64,000 bases of DNA from an uncultured Chloroflexia bacterium (GTDB lineage Bacteria; Chloroflexota; Limnocylindria; QHBO01), in the NCBI GenBank assembly GCA_963789435.1, contig CAWBKO010000007.1:66075-130074 (forward strand), in the 5' to 3' direction. The notes below the pieces were generated by a model that had not been told where the DNA came from, did not search any database, and saw nothing but the letters and a program-made list of their open reading frames with translations. Below, one piece after another: positions 21,080-32,992 of this stretch; within the stretch, counting starts at the first letter, position 1, and every line of letters starts with the position of its first letter. The position numbers and the translations under genes are program-made.

Positions 21080-23526
21080 GCGATGCGCTCCAGGATCGCC
21101 ACCGGGAACTCGGCGAGGAGCTCGGCCAGCGCGACCGTGCCCTCGCGCTCGGCGCCATCGAGGTTCCGCCAACGGCCCGGCTGGGAGGGCGCAGGCTGGT
21201 GGTCGGACAAGCCGAGCCGCTCGACTCGCCGCACCAGGCGCGGGACGACCGTGATGACCTCCCCGCCACGCTCGAAGGCGAACACCGCATCGGCGTTGGG
21301 GCCGTCGGCCGGCATCGGGCGGTAGCCGCCGCGAGCGGAACGTCGCGGCGTGCCGGCGGCGCAGGTCGAGTGCGTGGCGCACGAGCCAGATCTTGGGCAG
21401 CCCCTCGTCGCGACGCGCCCACGCCGCCGCGGCATCGGTGACGCGTGCATCGGCGAGCAGTCGGCGGCGCACGGCGTAGTCGACCGGCCGGCGGTTGTCC
21501 GGGTCGACCAGGGACAGCTGCCAGAGCTCGTCGCCCTGGTACAGGTCCGGAACGCCGGGGGCCGTCAGCTCCAGTGCGAGCTGGCCGAGCGAGACGCGGC
21601 GTCCGGCGTCGACCAGGGGCGCCACCACCGCTTCAGCGACCTCGAGGAAGTCGGAGTCGCCCATTGACCCGCGCACGAACCGATCGAGCGCGGCTTCGTA
21701 GGCCGCGTCCGGCGCGATCCACGACGTGCGCAGCTTCGCCTCGCGGCTCGCCTTCAGCAGATACGCGGCGGCCCGGTCGGCGTCGATCGGCCAGGCGCCG
21801 ATCAGGGTCTGGAAGAAGAGATAGGCGTCCGCGTCCGTGGGCAGGCCGGCACCGGCACGATGACGCGCGGAAGCCCGGCCCAGGCGCTCGACCGCTGCCT
21901 GCCATCCGTCCGGGTCCTCCGACAGCAGCGCCAGCCGGGCGCGGACGTCGGCGCTGCGCTTGGTGTCGTGGGTCGACAGCGACAGCATGGCCGCCGGCGA
22001 ATCGGCAGCCGCCGCCGCCAGCTTCTCGATGGACCGCCGCCACGCTGGTTCCGAAGCGGCCCGGGTCGCCGCCGACCTCGTTGAGCGCCACCAGGCGGTG
22101 GTGCCGGTAGAAGGCGGTGTCCTCCACGCCCTTCGCCATGGCCGCCGGCGTGAGCTGCTGGAACCGCATCGCCAGCTCGTCGGCCGCGGGCTCCTCGACC
22201 TCGAGCCGCAGGATCCGGCCGAGCAACGCGAGGAGCTCGGGGTCGAGGTCCGATCGCGCGGCCGCGGCGGAAGCCACCGCCCGCTCGATGATCGCTCGCA
22301 TCCACGTCAGACACGCACCGCGGCGATGGCCGGTCACGTAGGTGCGGTAGACCGGCAGCGCGAGCGGCGACCTCGCGCAGCGCCTGCCCCAGCTCCTCCC
22401 GGTCGCGGTGCGCCGCCTCGGTCACGCGTCGCGAAGAGGTCGGTGAGCCGGTTGAGGTCGCTGCCGAGCAGCGACGACGAGGACCTCGACCCGCGCCTCG
22501 CCGACGATCTCGTCCCATCCGGGTCCGGCATCGGCCACCGATGCCCAGACGGCGCTCATGGCAGCCTCGCCGGCCGGATCCACGAACAGGCCGGTGGCGA
22601 GGTTGGCGAACCGATAGCCGGTCGTGCCGTCGACCGGCCAGCCATCGGGCAGCGACTCATCGGCCCCCAGGATCTTCTCGACCACGATCCACGCGTCAGG
22701 CGCGCACGGCACGCAGGCGCGCGAGGTAGCCGGCCGGGTCGCGCAGGCCGTCGGGATGATCGATCCGAAGCCCGTCGACGAGCCCCTGCTCGACCCAGCG
22801 CAGGACGAGCCGGTGCACGTCGGCGAAGACCGCCGGATCCTCCACGCGCAGCCCGATCAGGTCGTTGACGTCGAAGAAGCGCCGATAGCGCAGCTCGCTG
22901 AATCGCGGCCCGCCACGATGCCAGCCGATAGTGCTGCTCGCCAGCAGCGCGTCGAGCCGGTCCGGGTCGGCGTTGATCGCGGCGACCTCGCGCGTCCGGG
23001 TCGGCGACGCCAGGATCGGAGCGGCCGTCCGGGGGTCGAGCGGGAACCGCCGTTCGCCGTGCTCGAAGCGCAGGCGCGCGCCGTCGCGCGCCAGGCGGAT
23101 CCCACCGGCGTCGAGGACGCGGCGGTAGTCGTCGGGCAGGACCGGCAGCACGACAGGATCGGCCAGCTCGACGTCGAAGTAGGTCGCGTATCGGCTCGCC
23201 GGCCCGTGCTCCAGGACGTCCCACCACCATCGGTTCTCGTCGCTGGAGATGGCCATGTGGTTCGGCACGATGTCGAGCACCAGCCCCATGCCGTGCGCGC
23301 GCAGCGCATCGGTCAGGCGCTCGAAGGCGTCCGCGCCTCCCAGCTCGGCGCTGACGCGGGAGTGATCGACCACGTCGTAGCCGTGCGTCGAGCCGGGCGC
23401 CGCCTGGAGCACCGGGCTGGTGTACAGGTGGCTGACGCCCAGCTCGGCCAGGTACGGGACGAGCGCCGCGGCATCGTCGAGCGTGAAGCCTGCGTGGAGC
23501 TGGACCCGATAGGTGGCGCGCGGCAC
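21076..23526 (-). CDS. treY: Maltooligosyl trehalose synthase TreY; frame-disrupted (~6 shifts)
   Basis: - ORF 22696..23526: [78 protein letters not shown].
- [26 protein letters not shown] (22422..22712).
- LPVYRTYV...[23 protein letters not shown] (21633..22337).
- [19 protein letters not shown]...[24 protein letters not shown] (frame of 19313..21988).
- tail ORF 21076..21450. Confidence 0.9.
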
Positions 23527-23551
23527 CCGGCGGCCGTCGCGTGCCGGGCAT

Positions 23552-25798
23552 TCAGTCGCCGCTGACGCGCCGCACGCGCGGCAGGCGCCGCAGGCAGACC
23601 ACCGAGCGCTCGGCGACCCGGTAGGCGGATCCGCCGTCGTGCTCCCCGTGCGCCGCGGTGAAGGTGCGATGCACCGTATCGAAGACGGTCTCCCAGCGCC
23701 TGGCGGCCTCGTGGTTGGGCAGCGTGAACGCGACCGGGCGGTCGTCCGCGTTGAAGATGACGAGCAGGGTGTCGTCGACGATCCGCTCGCCGCGCGGCCC
23801 GCGATCGTCGATCGCGTCGCCGGCGAACTGCACCGCCAGCGTCTTGACGCCGGGCGCCTGCCACTCCTCGTCGGTCATCTCGGTGCCGTCGGGAAGGAAC
23901 CAGGTCAGGTCCTTGACCCGCGAGCCGCGAATCTGCCGTCCCTGGAAGAAGTGGCGCCGCCGCAGCACCGGGTGGCGCCTTGAAGAGCCGGATCAGCGAG
24001 CGGGTGAAGGCAAGCAGCTGGCGGTCGCGGCGCTGGAGGTCCCAGTGGAACCAGCTGACCTCGTTGTCCTGCGCGTAGCCGTTGTTGTTGCCGCGCTGCG
24101 TGCGACCGATCTCGTCGCCGCCGAGCAGCATCGGCACGCCCTGGCTGAGCAGGAGGGTGGCGAGGAAGTTGCGCTTCTGGCGCTCGCGGATCTCGATGAT
24201 CGCCTCCTCATCGGTCTCGCCCTCGACGCCGAAGTTCATGCTCTCGTTGTTGCGCTCGCCGTCGTCGTTGCCCTCGCCGTTCGCCTCGTTGTGCTTCGAC
24301 TCGTAGCTGACCAGGTCGTGGAGGGTGAAGCCGTCGTGCGCGGTGACGAAGTTGATGCTGGCGTGCGGCTGACGCCCGGAGCTGGCATAGAGGTCGGACG
24401 AGCCGCTGAGCCGATAGGCCAGCTCGGCGGCCTGGCCGCCGACCCCCTTCCAGAACCGACGCACGCTGTCGCGGTACTTGCCGTTCCACTCCGCCCAGCC
24501 GACCGGGAAGTTGCCCGACCTGGTAGCCGCCGGGGCCGACGTCCCACGGCTCGGCGATCAGCTTCACCTGGTTGATGATCGGATCCTGGTGAATGATGTC
24601 GAAGAAGCTGCCGAGCTTGTCCACGTCGTGGAGCTCGCGCGCCAGCGCCGAGGCGAGGTCGAAACGGAAGCCGTCGACGTGCATCTCGGTGATCCAGTAG
24701 CGCAGCGAATCCATGATGAGCTGGAGGACCCTCGGGCTGGTGGCGTCGAGCGTGTTGCCGGTCCCGGTGTAGTCGACGTAGAGCGCCGGGTTCTTCGGGT
24801 CCAGCCGGTAGTAGGCGGCGTTGTCGATGCCGCGGAAGCTGAGCGTCGGGCCGAGATGGTTGCCCTCGCCGGTGTGGTTGTAGACGACGTCCAGGATGAC
24901 CTCGATGCCCGACGTCGTGGAGGCGCTTGACCATGGTCTTGAACTCGCTCACCGGCTCGCCGGTGGCGGAGTAGCGGATGTCCGGCGCGAAGAAGCCGAT
25001 GGTGTTGTAGCCCCAGTAGTTGGCGAGCCCGCGCTCCACCAGGTGGCGGTCGGTGACGTGCTGGTGCACCGGCAGCAGCTCGACCGCCGTGATGCCCAGG
25101 TTGGTGAGGTAGTCGAGGGCTGCCGCCGAGCCGAACCCGGCGTACGTCCCGCGCAGCTCCTCGGGCACCTCCGGGTGCAGCTGGGTGAAGCCCTTGACGT
25201 GGACCTCGTAGATCAGCGTGCGATCGAGCGGGATGTGGAGCTGGGTGTCACCGCCCCACACGAAGGCGTGGTTGACCACGACGCTCTTCGGCACGAAGTC
25301 GGCCGAGTCGCGTTCATCGGGCTCATCGTCGTCGGCGCCGATGCGATAGCCGAAGAGCGCGTCGTCCCACGCCACCTCGCCGTCGATGCGCTTGGCGTAG
25401 GGGTCGATCAGCAGCTTGGCCGGGTTGAACCGATGGCCGGAGGCCGGGTCGTAGCGGCCGTGCATCCGATAGCCGTAGCGCTGGCCGGGTCGCACGTCGG
25501 GCAGGTAGCAGTGCCACACGAGATCGGTCTGCTCGATCAGACGGATGCGCTGCTCGTTGCCCCCGTCGGCGTCGTACAGGCACAGGTCGACGTGCTCCGC
25601 GTTCTCGCTGAAGATCGCGAAGTTGACCCCCGACCCATCCCAGGTCGCGCCGAGCGGGTAGGGCCTGCCGCGCCAGACCCTCAGCGCCACGTCACATCCG
25701 GCGCTGCTCGGTGGGCCGGTCTGGAGGTTCACTCGCACCGTTGCAGGGTACTCAGCGCACGCCGCCGGTGCTGGGTTGCTGGCCGCTGTCGCCGTCAT
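23552..25798 (-). CDS. glgX: Glycogen debranching enzyme GlgX/TreX; frame-disrupted (3 shifts ~24893, ~24510, ~23985); alternative start GTG 25690
   Basis: - [76 protein letters not shown] (frame of 24236..26251).
- [16 protein letters not shown]...[11 protein letters not shown]...[16 protein letters not shown] (24208..24714).
- [18 protein letters not shown]...[22 protein letters not shown] (23313..24464).
- C-terminus is ORF 23552..23968.
The ATG at 25798 overlaps the mak TGA (ATGA). Confidence 0.9.
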
Positions 25799-27089
25799 CG
25801 ACCGGCGAGGGCGATGCGCTCGAGCGCCGCGAGGGGCAGCCAGAGCCAGTCGGGCCGGTTGCTCGCCTCGTAGCGGACCTCGTAGCAGGCCTTCTCGAGC
25901 TCGAACGCCTGGAGCAGGGCCGACTCGGTCGCGTCGATGCTGCCGTAGGCGCCGATGAACGCCTCGCGCGCGCCTCGCCAGCCAGTCCTCGGCGTCGAAG
26001 GCGGGGCCATCGCGCGCGGCGGTGCGCGCGGCGTAGTCCAGGCTGCGCAGCAGGCCGGCGACGTCGCGCATCGGCGAGCCCGGTTGACGGCGCTCCGCCA
26101 GCGGCCGGGCGGGCTCGCCCTCGAAGTCGATCACGCTGAAGCCGCCGTCGGTGCGCGCAAGCAGCTGTCCGAGGTGATAGTCGCCATGGATGCGGCTGAC
26201 ACGGGCCTCGCCGGTCGCCCTTCCGAACGTGTCGGCGAAGCGGGCGGTCACTCGGGGGCCAGCTCGACCAGCCGTTCGTGGGGATCTCCATCCACGGCGG
26301 TCACCGCCTGCGCCAGCTGGCGCTCGGCCGACGCGCGCCAGGCGGCGGTCTCGGCCACGGTCGCCGCACGCGCGGGGAACGCCGGATGTTCAGGCCGTGA
26401 TGCGAGGGCGGCATGCATGCTGGCGGTCAGGCCGCCCAACGTGGCAGCCATGTCGACGCCCCGGCGGGGGTCCTCGGCGAGCAGGCCGAGCATGGCGGCC
26501 CAGGCGTCCCCGGTCGACGGGACGAAGGCCTGGAGCATCGCCGCGGCCGCCCGCTCGCCGTGTTGCCCCGCGTAGGCCATCGCTCCGGCGACGGCCGGCG
26601 TGTCGGCGAAGCCGGCCTCGGTGAGGAACGCGCTCACCTCAAGGTCCGGGTTCTCGCCGGGCTCCAGGAGCCGATACAGCTTGAGGATCGCGCGCTCGCC
26701 GAGCACGACCGAGGTGTTCGACTGCTCCACTCGCAGGCGGCGCTCGCCGAGCGCATCGATGGCATCCGGCGCCGAGGGCATCAGCTCGCTGAACGCGCGG
26801 TCCGCGAGCAGGTGAAGCTCCCGCGCTCGGCAGGCAGGTCGGCGCCCTCGCCGATGGCGCGCACGATCGCGGTCCAGGCGCCTTCGCCATCCTCGGGCTC
26901 GCGGCCGTCAACGGTCGGCACGAGGTAGTGGTCGGGCTGGCTCCCGTCCACGTAGGCGACCTCCAGTACCCGCAGGTCGGCGCGCCCCAGGGACGCGCGA
27001 TCGAGCTCGGTAATGGCAGCGATCGGCCGCTGCTTGGCCCTGAACCAGCGCTGGGCCGCGAGCCAGGACGGTTCGAACGCCACGGTCAC
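25795..27089 (-). CDS. mak: Maltokinase (maltose 1-phosphate-forming; Mak/Pep2), not fused to TreS; frame-disrupted (3 shifts ~26815, ~26250, ~25990)
   Basis: ORF 26781..27089 (WLAAQRWFRAKQRPI...). ORF 26248..26781 (RLRVEQSNTSVVLGERAILKLYRLLEPGENPDLEV...). Then RIHGDYHLGQLLARTDGGFSVIDFEGEP and RDVAGLLRSLDYA (frame of 24236..26251). Tail ELEKACYEVRYEASNRPDWLWLPL (ORF 25795..26010). Starts 12 nt after the treS stop. Confidence 0.85.
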
Positions 27090-27101
27090 CCTGGGCCGGT
27101 C

Positions 27102-28799
27102 TCAGCCGTCGCCGTCGGTCAGCTCGAACCAGAAGAAGTCGTGCGGACCGAGCGTCAGCAGGTACGGAAGCTCGCCGATCCTCGGGAACTGGACACGCCC
27201 GATCAGCTCGACCGGCATCCGGTCCTTGAAGCGGCTGAGGTCGAGCTCGACGTACTGCGCGAAGCGCGACAGGTTCGCGACGCACAGGATCGAGACGCCT
27301 TCGTGCTCGCGAAGGTAGGCGAGCACCCGCCGATTTTCGGGGTGCAGGAACTCGAGCGTGCCACGGCCGAAGACCGGATGCGCCCGACGCACGCCGATGA
27401 GCCGCTTCATCCAGTTCAGCAGCGAGCCGGGGACCCGCTCCTGCGCCTCGACGTTGACGGCCTGGTAGCCATAGACCGGGTCGGCAACCAGCGGCGCGTA
27501 GAGGGCGTGCACGTCGGCCCTGCTGAAGCCGGCGTTGCGGTCGCCCGTCCACTGCATCGGGGTCCGGACCCCGTTCCGGTCGCCGAGATAGACGTTGTCA
27601 CCCATCCCGATCTCGTCGCCGTAGTAGACGATCGGCGTGCCCTTCATGCTGAGCAGCAGCGAGTTCAGCAGCTCGATCCGGCGGCGGCTGTTGTCGACCA
27701 GCGGGGCCAGGCGGCGGCGGATGCCGACGTTGATCCGCATGCGGGCCTCCTTCGCGTACTCGGTGTACATGAAGTCCCGCTCCTCATCGGTCACCATCTC
27801 GAGGGTCAGCTCGTCGTGATTGCGCAGGAAGAGCGCCCATTGCGCCTCATCAGGGATCTGCGGTGTCTGGCCCATGATCTCGACGATCGGGTAGCGGTCC
27901 TCGCGGCGCAGGGAGATCCAGATGCGCGGCATGAGCGGGAAGTGGAATGCCATGTGGCACTCGGGCTCCTCGGGCGTGCCGAAGTAGGGCAGCACGTCGG
28001 GCGGCCACTGGTTCGCCTCTGCCAGCAGCATCCGGCCGTCGTAGCGCTCGTCGACGGCGCGGCGCAAGCGCTTCAGCACGGCGTGGGTCTCAGGCAGGTT
28101 CTCGCCGTTGGTCCCCTCCCGCTCGACCAGGTACGGCACCGCGTCCAGGCGAAGGCCGTCGACGCCCAGATCGAGCCAGAAGCGCATGACCCGCAGCACC
28201 GCCCTGACCACCTGCGGGTTGTCGAAGTTCAGGTCGGGCTGGTGGCTGAAGAACCGATGCCAGTAGTACTGCTGCGACTCCGGATCCCAGGTCCAGTTGC
28301 TCGACTCGGTATCGGTGAAGATGATCCGCGCGTCGGCGTACTTCTGGTCGGTGTCGCTCCACACATACCAGTCGCGCTTTGGATTGCTGCGGTCGGAGCG
28401 GGACTCGACGAACCACGGATGCTGGTCGCTGCTGTGGTTGATCACCAGCTCGGTGATGACGCGGAGGCCTCGCCGATGCGCCTCCCGCACGAAGCTCCGG
28501 AAGTCGCGCAGCGTGCCGTAGTCGGGATGCACTTCGGTGAAGGCGGCGATGTCGTAGCCGTCATCGCGCAGCGGGGATGGGTAGAACGGGAGCAGCCAGA
28601 TGGCCGTCACACCCAGGTTCGCGATGTAGTCCAGCTTCTCCGACAGCCCGGCGAAATCGCCCACGCCGTCGTTCGTGGAGTCGTTGAACGCCTTCACGTG
28701 CAGCTGGTAGATGATCGCGTCCTTGTACCAGTGCGGGTCGTCACGGAGCAGCTGGGGCATGGGGAGCTCCGCCTCGCGCGGGGCGTCAGAGGTGGTCAT
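27102..28799 (-). CDS. treS: Trehalose synthase / maltose alpha-D-glucosyltransferase TreS (GH13), intact
   Basis: ORF 27102..28877; start Met27 (28799). [123 protein letters not shown]. No frame break. Confidence 0.95.
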   Translation of the reverse strand: MTTSDAPREAELPMPQLLRDDPHWYKDAIIYQLHVKAFNDSTNDGVGDFAGLSEKLDYIANLGVTAIWLLPFYPSPLRDDGYDIAAFTEVHPDYGTLRDFRSFVREAHRRGLRVITELVINHSSDQHPWFVESRSDRSNPKRDWYVWSDTDQKYADARIIFTDTESSNWTWDPESQQYYWHRFFSHQPDLNFDNPQVVRAVLRVMRFWLDLGVDGLRLDAVPYLVEREGTNGENLPETHAVLKRLRRAVDERYDGRMLLAEANQWPPDVLPYFGTPEEPECHMAFHFPLMPRIWISLRREDRYPIVEIMGQTPQIPDEAQWALFLRNHDELTLEMVTDEERDFMYTEYAKEARMRINVGIRRRLAPLVDNSRRRIELLNSLLLSMKGTPIVYYGDEIGMGDNVYLGDRNGVRTPMQWTGDRNAGFSRADVHALYAPLVADPVYGYQAVNVEAQERVPGSLLNWMKRLIGVRRAHPVFGRGTLEFLHPENRRVLAYLREHEGVSILCVANLSRFAQYVELDLSRFKDRMPVELIGRVQFPRIGELPYLLTLGPHDFFWFELTDGDG

Positions 28800-28821
28800 G
28801 GGTGGCTCGCAGTTGGTCTGG

Positions 28822-30903
28822 TCAATGGTCGATGGGCGCGACGGTGAAGATGCGGAACGCCTCCCCCGCCGGATCAAGGAGGACCGCCAGGTCGGCGCCG
28901 AGCTCGCGCGACGTCCGGCCGGTCATCAGGTCGGTGAGCTGATACGGCTCGTCCCAGCCGATGCCGACCGCCGGCAGATCCGGGTGCAGGATCGCATGCT
29001 CGGGCGTGGTCGGGTCGCAGTTCACCGCCACGTAGACCGGGTCGCGCCAGCGCTGCGGGTGGCCGGTCAACGGATCGACCTTGCCGTGCGGCATCGCCTT
29101 GCGGTAGAAGAGGGTTCGCTCGCCCGTCACGCTCTCGAAGCGCAGGTTCTCGTAGCGCTTCAGCGCGGGCCGCTGGTGCCGAAGGCGGTTGAGCTCACCG
29201 AGCAGCAGCTTGATGTTGCCCTTCGCTTCCCAGTCACGCGCGCGGATCTCGTATTTCTCGGAGTCCAGGTACTCCTCGCGCTCGCCGAGGCGCGCCGACT
29301 CGCACAGCTCCCAGCCCGAGTAGATCCCGTACGAGCTCGAGAGCGTGGCGGCCAGGACGCTGCGGACCACGAACGCCGGCCGGCCGTGGTCGAGGTGGTG
29401 CGGGTTGATGTCGGGCGTGTTGACGAACAGGTTGCCGCGGAAGTACTCCACCATCTCGGACTGCGTCAGCTCGGTCAGGTAGTCCCGGAGGTCGGCCGCC
29501 GACTCGCGCCAGGTGAAGTAGGTGTAGCTCTGGGTGAACCCGACCTTGGCCAGCTGCCGCATCATCTTGGGCTTCGTGAACGCCTCGGACAGGAAGATCG
29601 TCTCCGGATGGTCGCGCTGGATCTCGGCGATCAGCCATGCCCAGAACGGGATCGGCTTGGTGTGGGGGTTGTCGACGCGGAAGATCTTCACGCCGCGTTC
29701 GATCCACGTCTCGAAGATCCCCTTCCACTCGAGCCACAGCCGCTCGCGCGCCTGCCCATCCTCGCCGAGGAAGTCGATCGGGTAGATGTCCTGGTATTTC
29801 TTCGGCGGGTTCTCGGCGTACTTGATGGTGCCGTCCGGCGAATGCCGGAACCACTCGGGATGGGAGCGAACGTAGGGGTGGTCCGGCGCGGCCTGGATGG
29901 CAAGGTCCATCGCCAGCTCCATGCCGTGTGCCTCAACCGCCTCGCGGAACCTCAGGAACTCGCTGAGCCCGCCCAGCTCGGGAGCGACCACGTCATGGCC
30001 ACCATCGGCTGAGCCGATGGCGTAGGGGGACCCCACGTCGTCCGGACCGGCATCGAGGCTGTTGTTGCGCCCCTTCCGGTTCGTGCGCCCGATCGGATGG
30101 ATCGGCGGCAGGTAGACGACGTCGAAGCCCATCTCCGCAATTCCCGGCAGCCGCCACTCGGCATCCGCGAGGGTCGTGGCCACCGGCTGCGCTGGGTCGC
30201 GACCCTGTGAGCGCGGAAAGAGCTCGTACCAGGCGCCGAACCGGGCGCGCTCACGGTCGACGACGAGCGGCAGGTCCGGCGATCGCGACGTGAACCGGAG
30301 ATCCGGATGTCGACGCACGGCGGCGAGCAGGTCCTCACCGACGAGCGCGGCGGCGCGCGTCGCCTGAGAGCGGGCGCGCTTCAGGCCGTCGAGCGCCGCG
30401 CGGATGCGGAGCGCGTCGTCTCCGGCTTCGGCCTCCTCGCTGCGCCGGAGCGACGCCTCCAGGTGCAGCCTCCCCTCCTCGATCTCGTTCGGGACGGCGA
30501 CGCCGGCTTCGAGCTTCTTGCGCAGTCCCTCGCGCCACGAGCCGAACGTGTCCCGCCACGCCTCGATGGCGTAGACGTGGCGCCGGTTGCGGAGCAGCTC
30601 GACGTGACCCGACCAGCGGTCGTTGTCGATCGGCCGCATCGGCGCCCGGCGCCAGGACGTCTCGTCGTCGGCGCGGATGAGGATCGCGGCGTCGAGCAGG
30701 TCGTGGCCGTCGGCGAAGATGTCGGCGGTGACCAGCAGCTGATCCCCGACGACGCGCTTGACCGGATAGCGCCCGCCGTCAAGCTCCGGAGCGATCCGCT
30801 CGATGATGATGCTGCGCCTGCTGCCGATCGCGTCGGCCTCCGGCTCCGGGGGCTCGACGACCGTGGCGATCGCGCGCCGCACGCTTGCTCTGGTCGTGGT
30901 CAT
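28822..30903 (-). CDS. glgE: Alpha-1,4-glucan:maltose-1-phosphate maltosyltransferase GlgE, intact
   Basis: ORF 28822..31149; start Met83 (30903). [120 protein letters not shown]. Confidence 0.95.
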   Translation of the reverse strand: MTTTRASVRRAIATVVEPPEPEADAIGSRRSIIIERIAPELDGGRYPVKRVVGDQLLVTADIFADGHDLLDAAILIRADDETSWRRAPMRPIDNDRWSGHVELLRNRRHVYAIEAWRDTFGSWREGLRKKLEAGVAVPNEIEEGRLHLEASLRRSEEAEAGDDALRIRAALDGLKRARSQATRAAALVGEDLLAAVRRHPDLRFTSRSPDLPLVVDRERARFGAWYELFPRSQGRDPAQPVATTLADAEWRLPGIAEMGFDVVYLPPIHPIGRTNRKGRNNSLDAGPDDVGSPYAIGSADGGHDVVAPELGGLSEFLRFREAVEAHGMELAMDLAIQAAPDHPYVRSHPEWFRHSPDGTIKYAENPPKKYQDIYPIDFLGEDGQARERLWLEWKGIFETWIERGVKIFRVDNPHTKPIPFWAWLIAEIQRDHPETIFLSEAFTKPKMMRQLAKVGFTQSYTYFTWRESAADLRDYLTELTQSEMVEYFRGNLFVNTPDINPHHLDHGRPAFVVRSVLAATLSSSYGIYSGWELCESARLGEREEYLDSEKYEIRARDWEAKGNIKLLLGELNRLRHQRPALKRYENLRFESVTGERTLFYRKAMPHGKVDPLTGHPQRWRDPVYVAVNCDPTTPEHAILHPDLPAVGIGWDEPYQLTDLMTGRTSRELGADLAVLLDPAGEAFRIFTVAPIDH

Positions 30904-30974
30904 GAATGGGGGAAACCCTACCCGATCAGGGTGGCTATCGGCGTCTCGCGGCGATGTCGGCCACAATTCGAGCG

Positions 30975-32250
30975 ATGCAGCTGCTTCGTCAGGCCATCTC
31001 GCTCCTCGGTGTGAGCGCCCTGCTGGCGGCGTGCGGCACGCCGGCGCCATCGGCTTCGGCTCCGGGCGCGACGGCCAGCTCGGTCGCCGAGACGTCGACG
31101 GAACCCGCGCCGACCGGGACCCCGCCGGCGGCGCCCACCGGCTCCGCAACGCCGGAGCCGATCGCGGGCGATCCGCCTCCGGTCGCGCTGGAGGTCGTCG
31201 CAGAAGGTCTGGCGGACCCGATCGGGATCGCCTCGGCGCCGGGCGGCTGGCTCCTCGTCAACGAGCGCGCTGGGCGCGTGGTGGCCATCCATGGTGCGGA
31301 GCGCGTCGATCGCACTCGACATCACCGACCGCGTCCTTGGCGAGAGTGAGCGCGGGCTGCTCGGACTGGTGCTCCATCCGGACTGGCCGGAGGACGGACG
31401 GGCCTTCGTGCATTACAGCGACCTGAACGGCGACACCGTGCTGTCCGAGCTGGCCGGTACCCAGGACGGCGAGGCCGCGCCCGTGCTGGACCCCGCCAGC
31501 GAGCGGGTCCTCCTCACGGTGGATCAGCCATTCGCGAACCACAACGGCGGCCAGCTCGCCTTCGGGCCGGACGGGTACCTGTGGTTCGGGCTCGGCGACG
31601 GTGGCTCCGGGGGCGATCCACTCGGCAACGGCCAGAATCCATCGGCGCTGCTCGGTTCCATCCTGCGCCTGGACGTCTCCGAGCCCGGCCGCTACACCGT
31701 CCCGCCGGACAACCCGTTCGCCGACGGATCTGGCGGTGCGCCCGAGGTCTACCTCTACGGGCTCCGGAACCCATGGCGCTTCAGCTTCGATCCCGAGACG
31801 GGCCTGCTCTGGATCGCCGACGTCGGCCAGGGCGCCTACGAAGAGATCGACCGGATCGACCCGGCGGCCGACGCGGGTGCCAACCTCGGCTGGAACCTGA
31901 TGGAGGGCGCGCATTGCTTTTCCGTCGAGGCCTGCTCGTCCGACGGCCTCGTCACTCCCCTCGCCGAATACGGGCACGACCAGGGCTGCTCGGTGAGCGG
32001 CGGCCACGTCTATCGCGGCGGCTCAATCGACGGGCTGCGCGGCTGGTACCTGTTCGGCGACTACTGCAGCGGCCTCCTGTTCGGCATCCCCTCCGATGTC
32101 GAGGCCTCGGCCGACGGCAGCGCGCTGGCGCCGCGCGTCCTGCTCGAGACGGGGCGCTCGATCAGCAGCTTCGGCACCGACACGGAGGGCGAGCTCTACC
32201 TCACTGACATCGGCGGTGGCGCGCTGCTGCGGATCGTGGCGGGCGGCTGA
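30975..32250 (+). CDS. PQQ-dependent sugar dehydrogenase (soluble glucose/sorbosone dehydrogenase family) lipoprotein; frame-disrupted (1 shift ~31290)
   Basis: Lipobox in MQLLRQAISLLGVSALLAAC (within ORF 30906..31349), then a P/T/A linker. ORF 31291..32250: GLLGLVLHPDW, VDQPFANHNGGQLAFGPDGYLWFGLGDGG, DNPF, YLYGLRNPWRFSFDPETGLLWIADVGQGAYEEI, NLGWNLMEG, GCSVSGGHVYRG. Confidence 0.85.
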
Positions 32251-32933
32251 CCGAGGGCGCCGATGGCACGCAGCGAGCTCCATCGGCCTCGCCCGATCAC
32301 GAGATGGTCCAGCAGCTCGATGTCGAGCAGCCGGCCCGCCTCCGCCAGCTCGGCGGTGATGCGCAGGTCCTCGCCGGAGGGCACGGGATCGCCGGAGGGG
32401 TGGTTGTGCGCCACGATGATCGCCGCCGCGCAGGAGCGGACCGCGTCGCGAAAGACCTCGCCGACACGGACCGAGGAGCCGGCCAGGTTCCCGCGATAGA
32501 CGGTGCGCTCGGCCGTGACGACGTTCTTCGTGTCGAGCAGCAGGACCCGCAGCTCCTCGCGCTCCAGGGAGCCCATCGCATCGACGAGCGGCTCGGCGAC
32601 GTCGGTGGGGGTGCGGATCAGCCACGGGTCCGATGGCCAGGCGCGCGCGACGCGCCGACCCATCTCGGCGCACGCCGAAACGCGCAGTGCGGCGGCCTGC
32701 GACAGGCCCGCCACCCGAAGCTCGACCGGGAGCGCACGGGCAACGTCGGACAGCGAGCCGAATCGATCGAGCAGCCGACGAGCGACGCGAGGAGCCGCGA
32801 CCCGCTCGCCGATGACGAGCGCGAGGAGCTCCGCGTCCTCGGAGGCGTCGGGGCCGTGGCGCTCGAGCCGTTCCGAGGGCGGATGGGCGCGGCGGCGGGT
32901 CGGCAGGGCGATGGGGATGGGCTCGTGCGTCAT
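32196..32933 (-). CDS. radC: RadC-family JAB/MPN domain protein
   Basis: ORF 32196..32963, start Met11 (32933). ELLALVIG, RLLDRFGSLSDV, EELRVLLLDTKNVV...VYRGNLAGSSV, JAMM motif AIIVAHNHPSGDPVPSGEDLRIT. The 3' end overlaps the convergent PQQ dehydrogenase gene by ~55 nt. Confidence 0.85.
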   Translation of the reverse strand: MTHEPIPIALPTRRRAHPPSERLERHGPDASEDAELLALVIGERVAAPRVARRLLDRFGSLSDVARALPVELRVAGLSQAAALRVSACAEMGRRVARAWPSDPWLIRTPTDVAEPLVDAMGSLEREELRVLLLDTKNVVTAERTVYRGNLAGSSVRVGEVFRDAVRSCAAAIIVAHNHPSGDPVPSGEDLRITAELAEAGRLLDIELLDHLVIGRGRWSSLRAIGALGQPPATIRSSAPPPMSVR

Positions 32934-32992
32934 CGACGGCGACGATAGCCCGCGACCGCTCACCGGCGGCTTACGGCGCGCTTACCGGTCGG

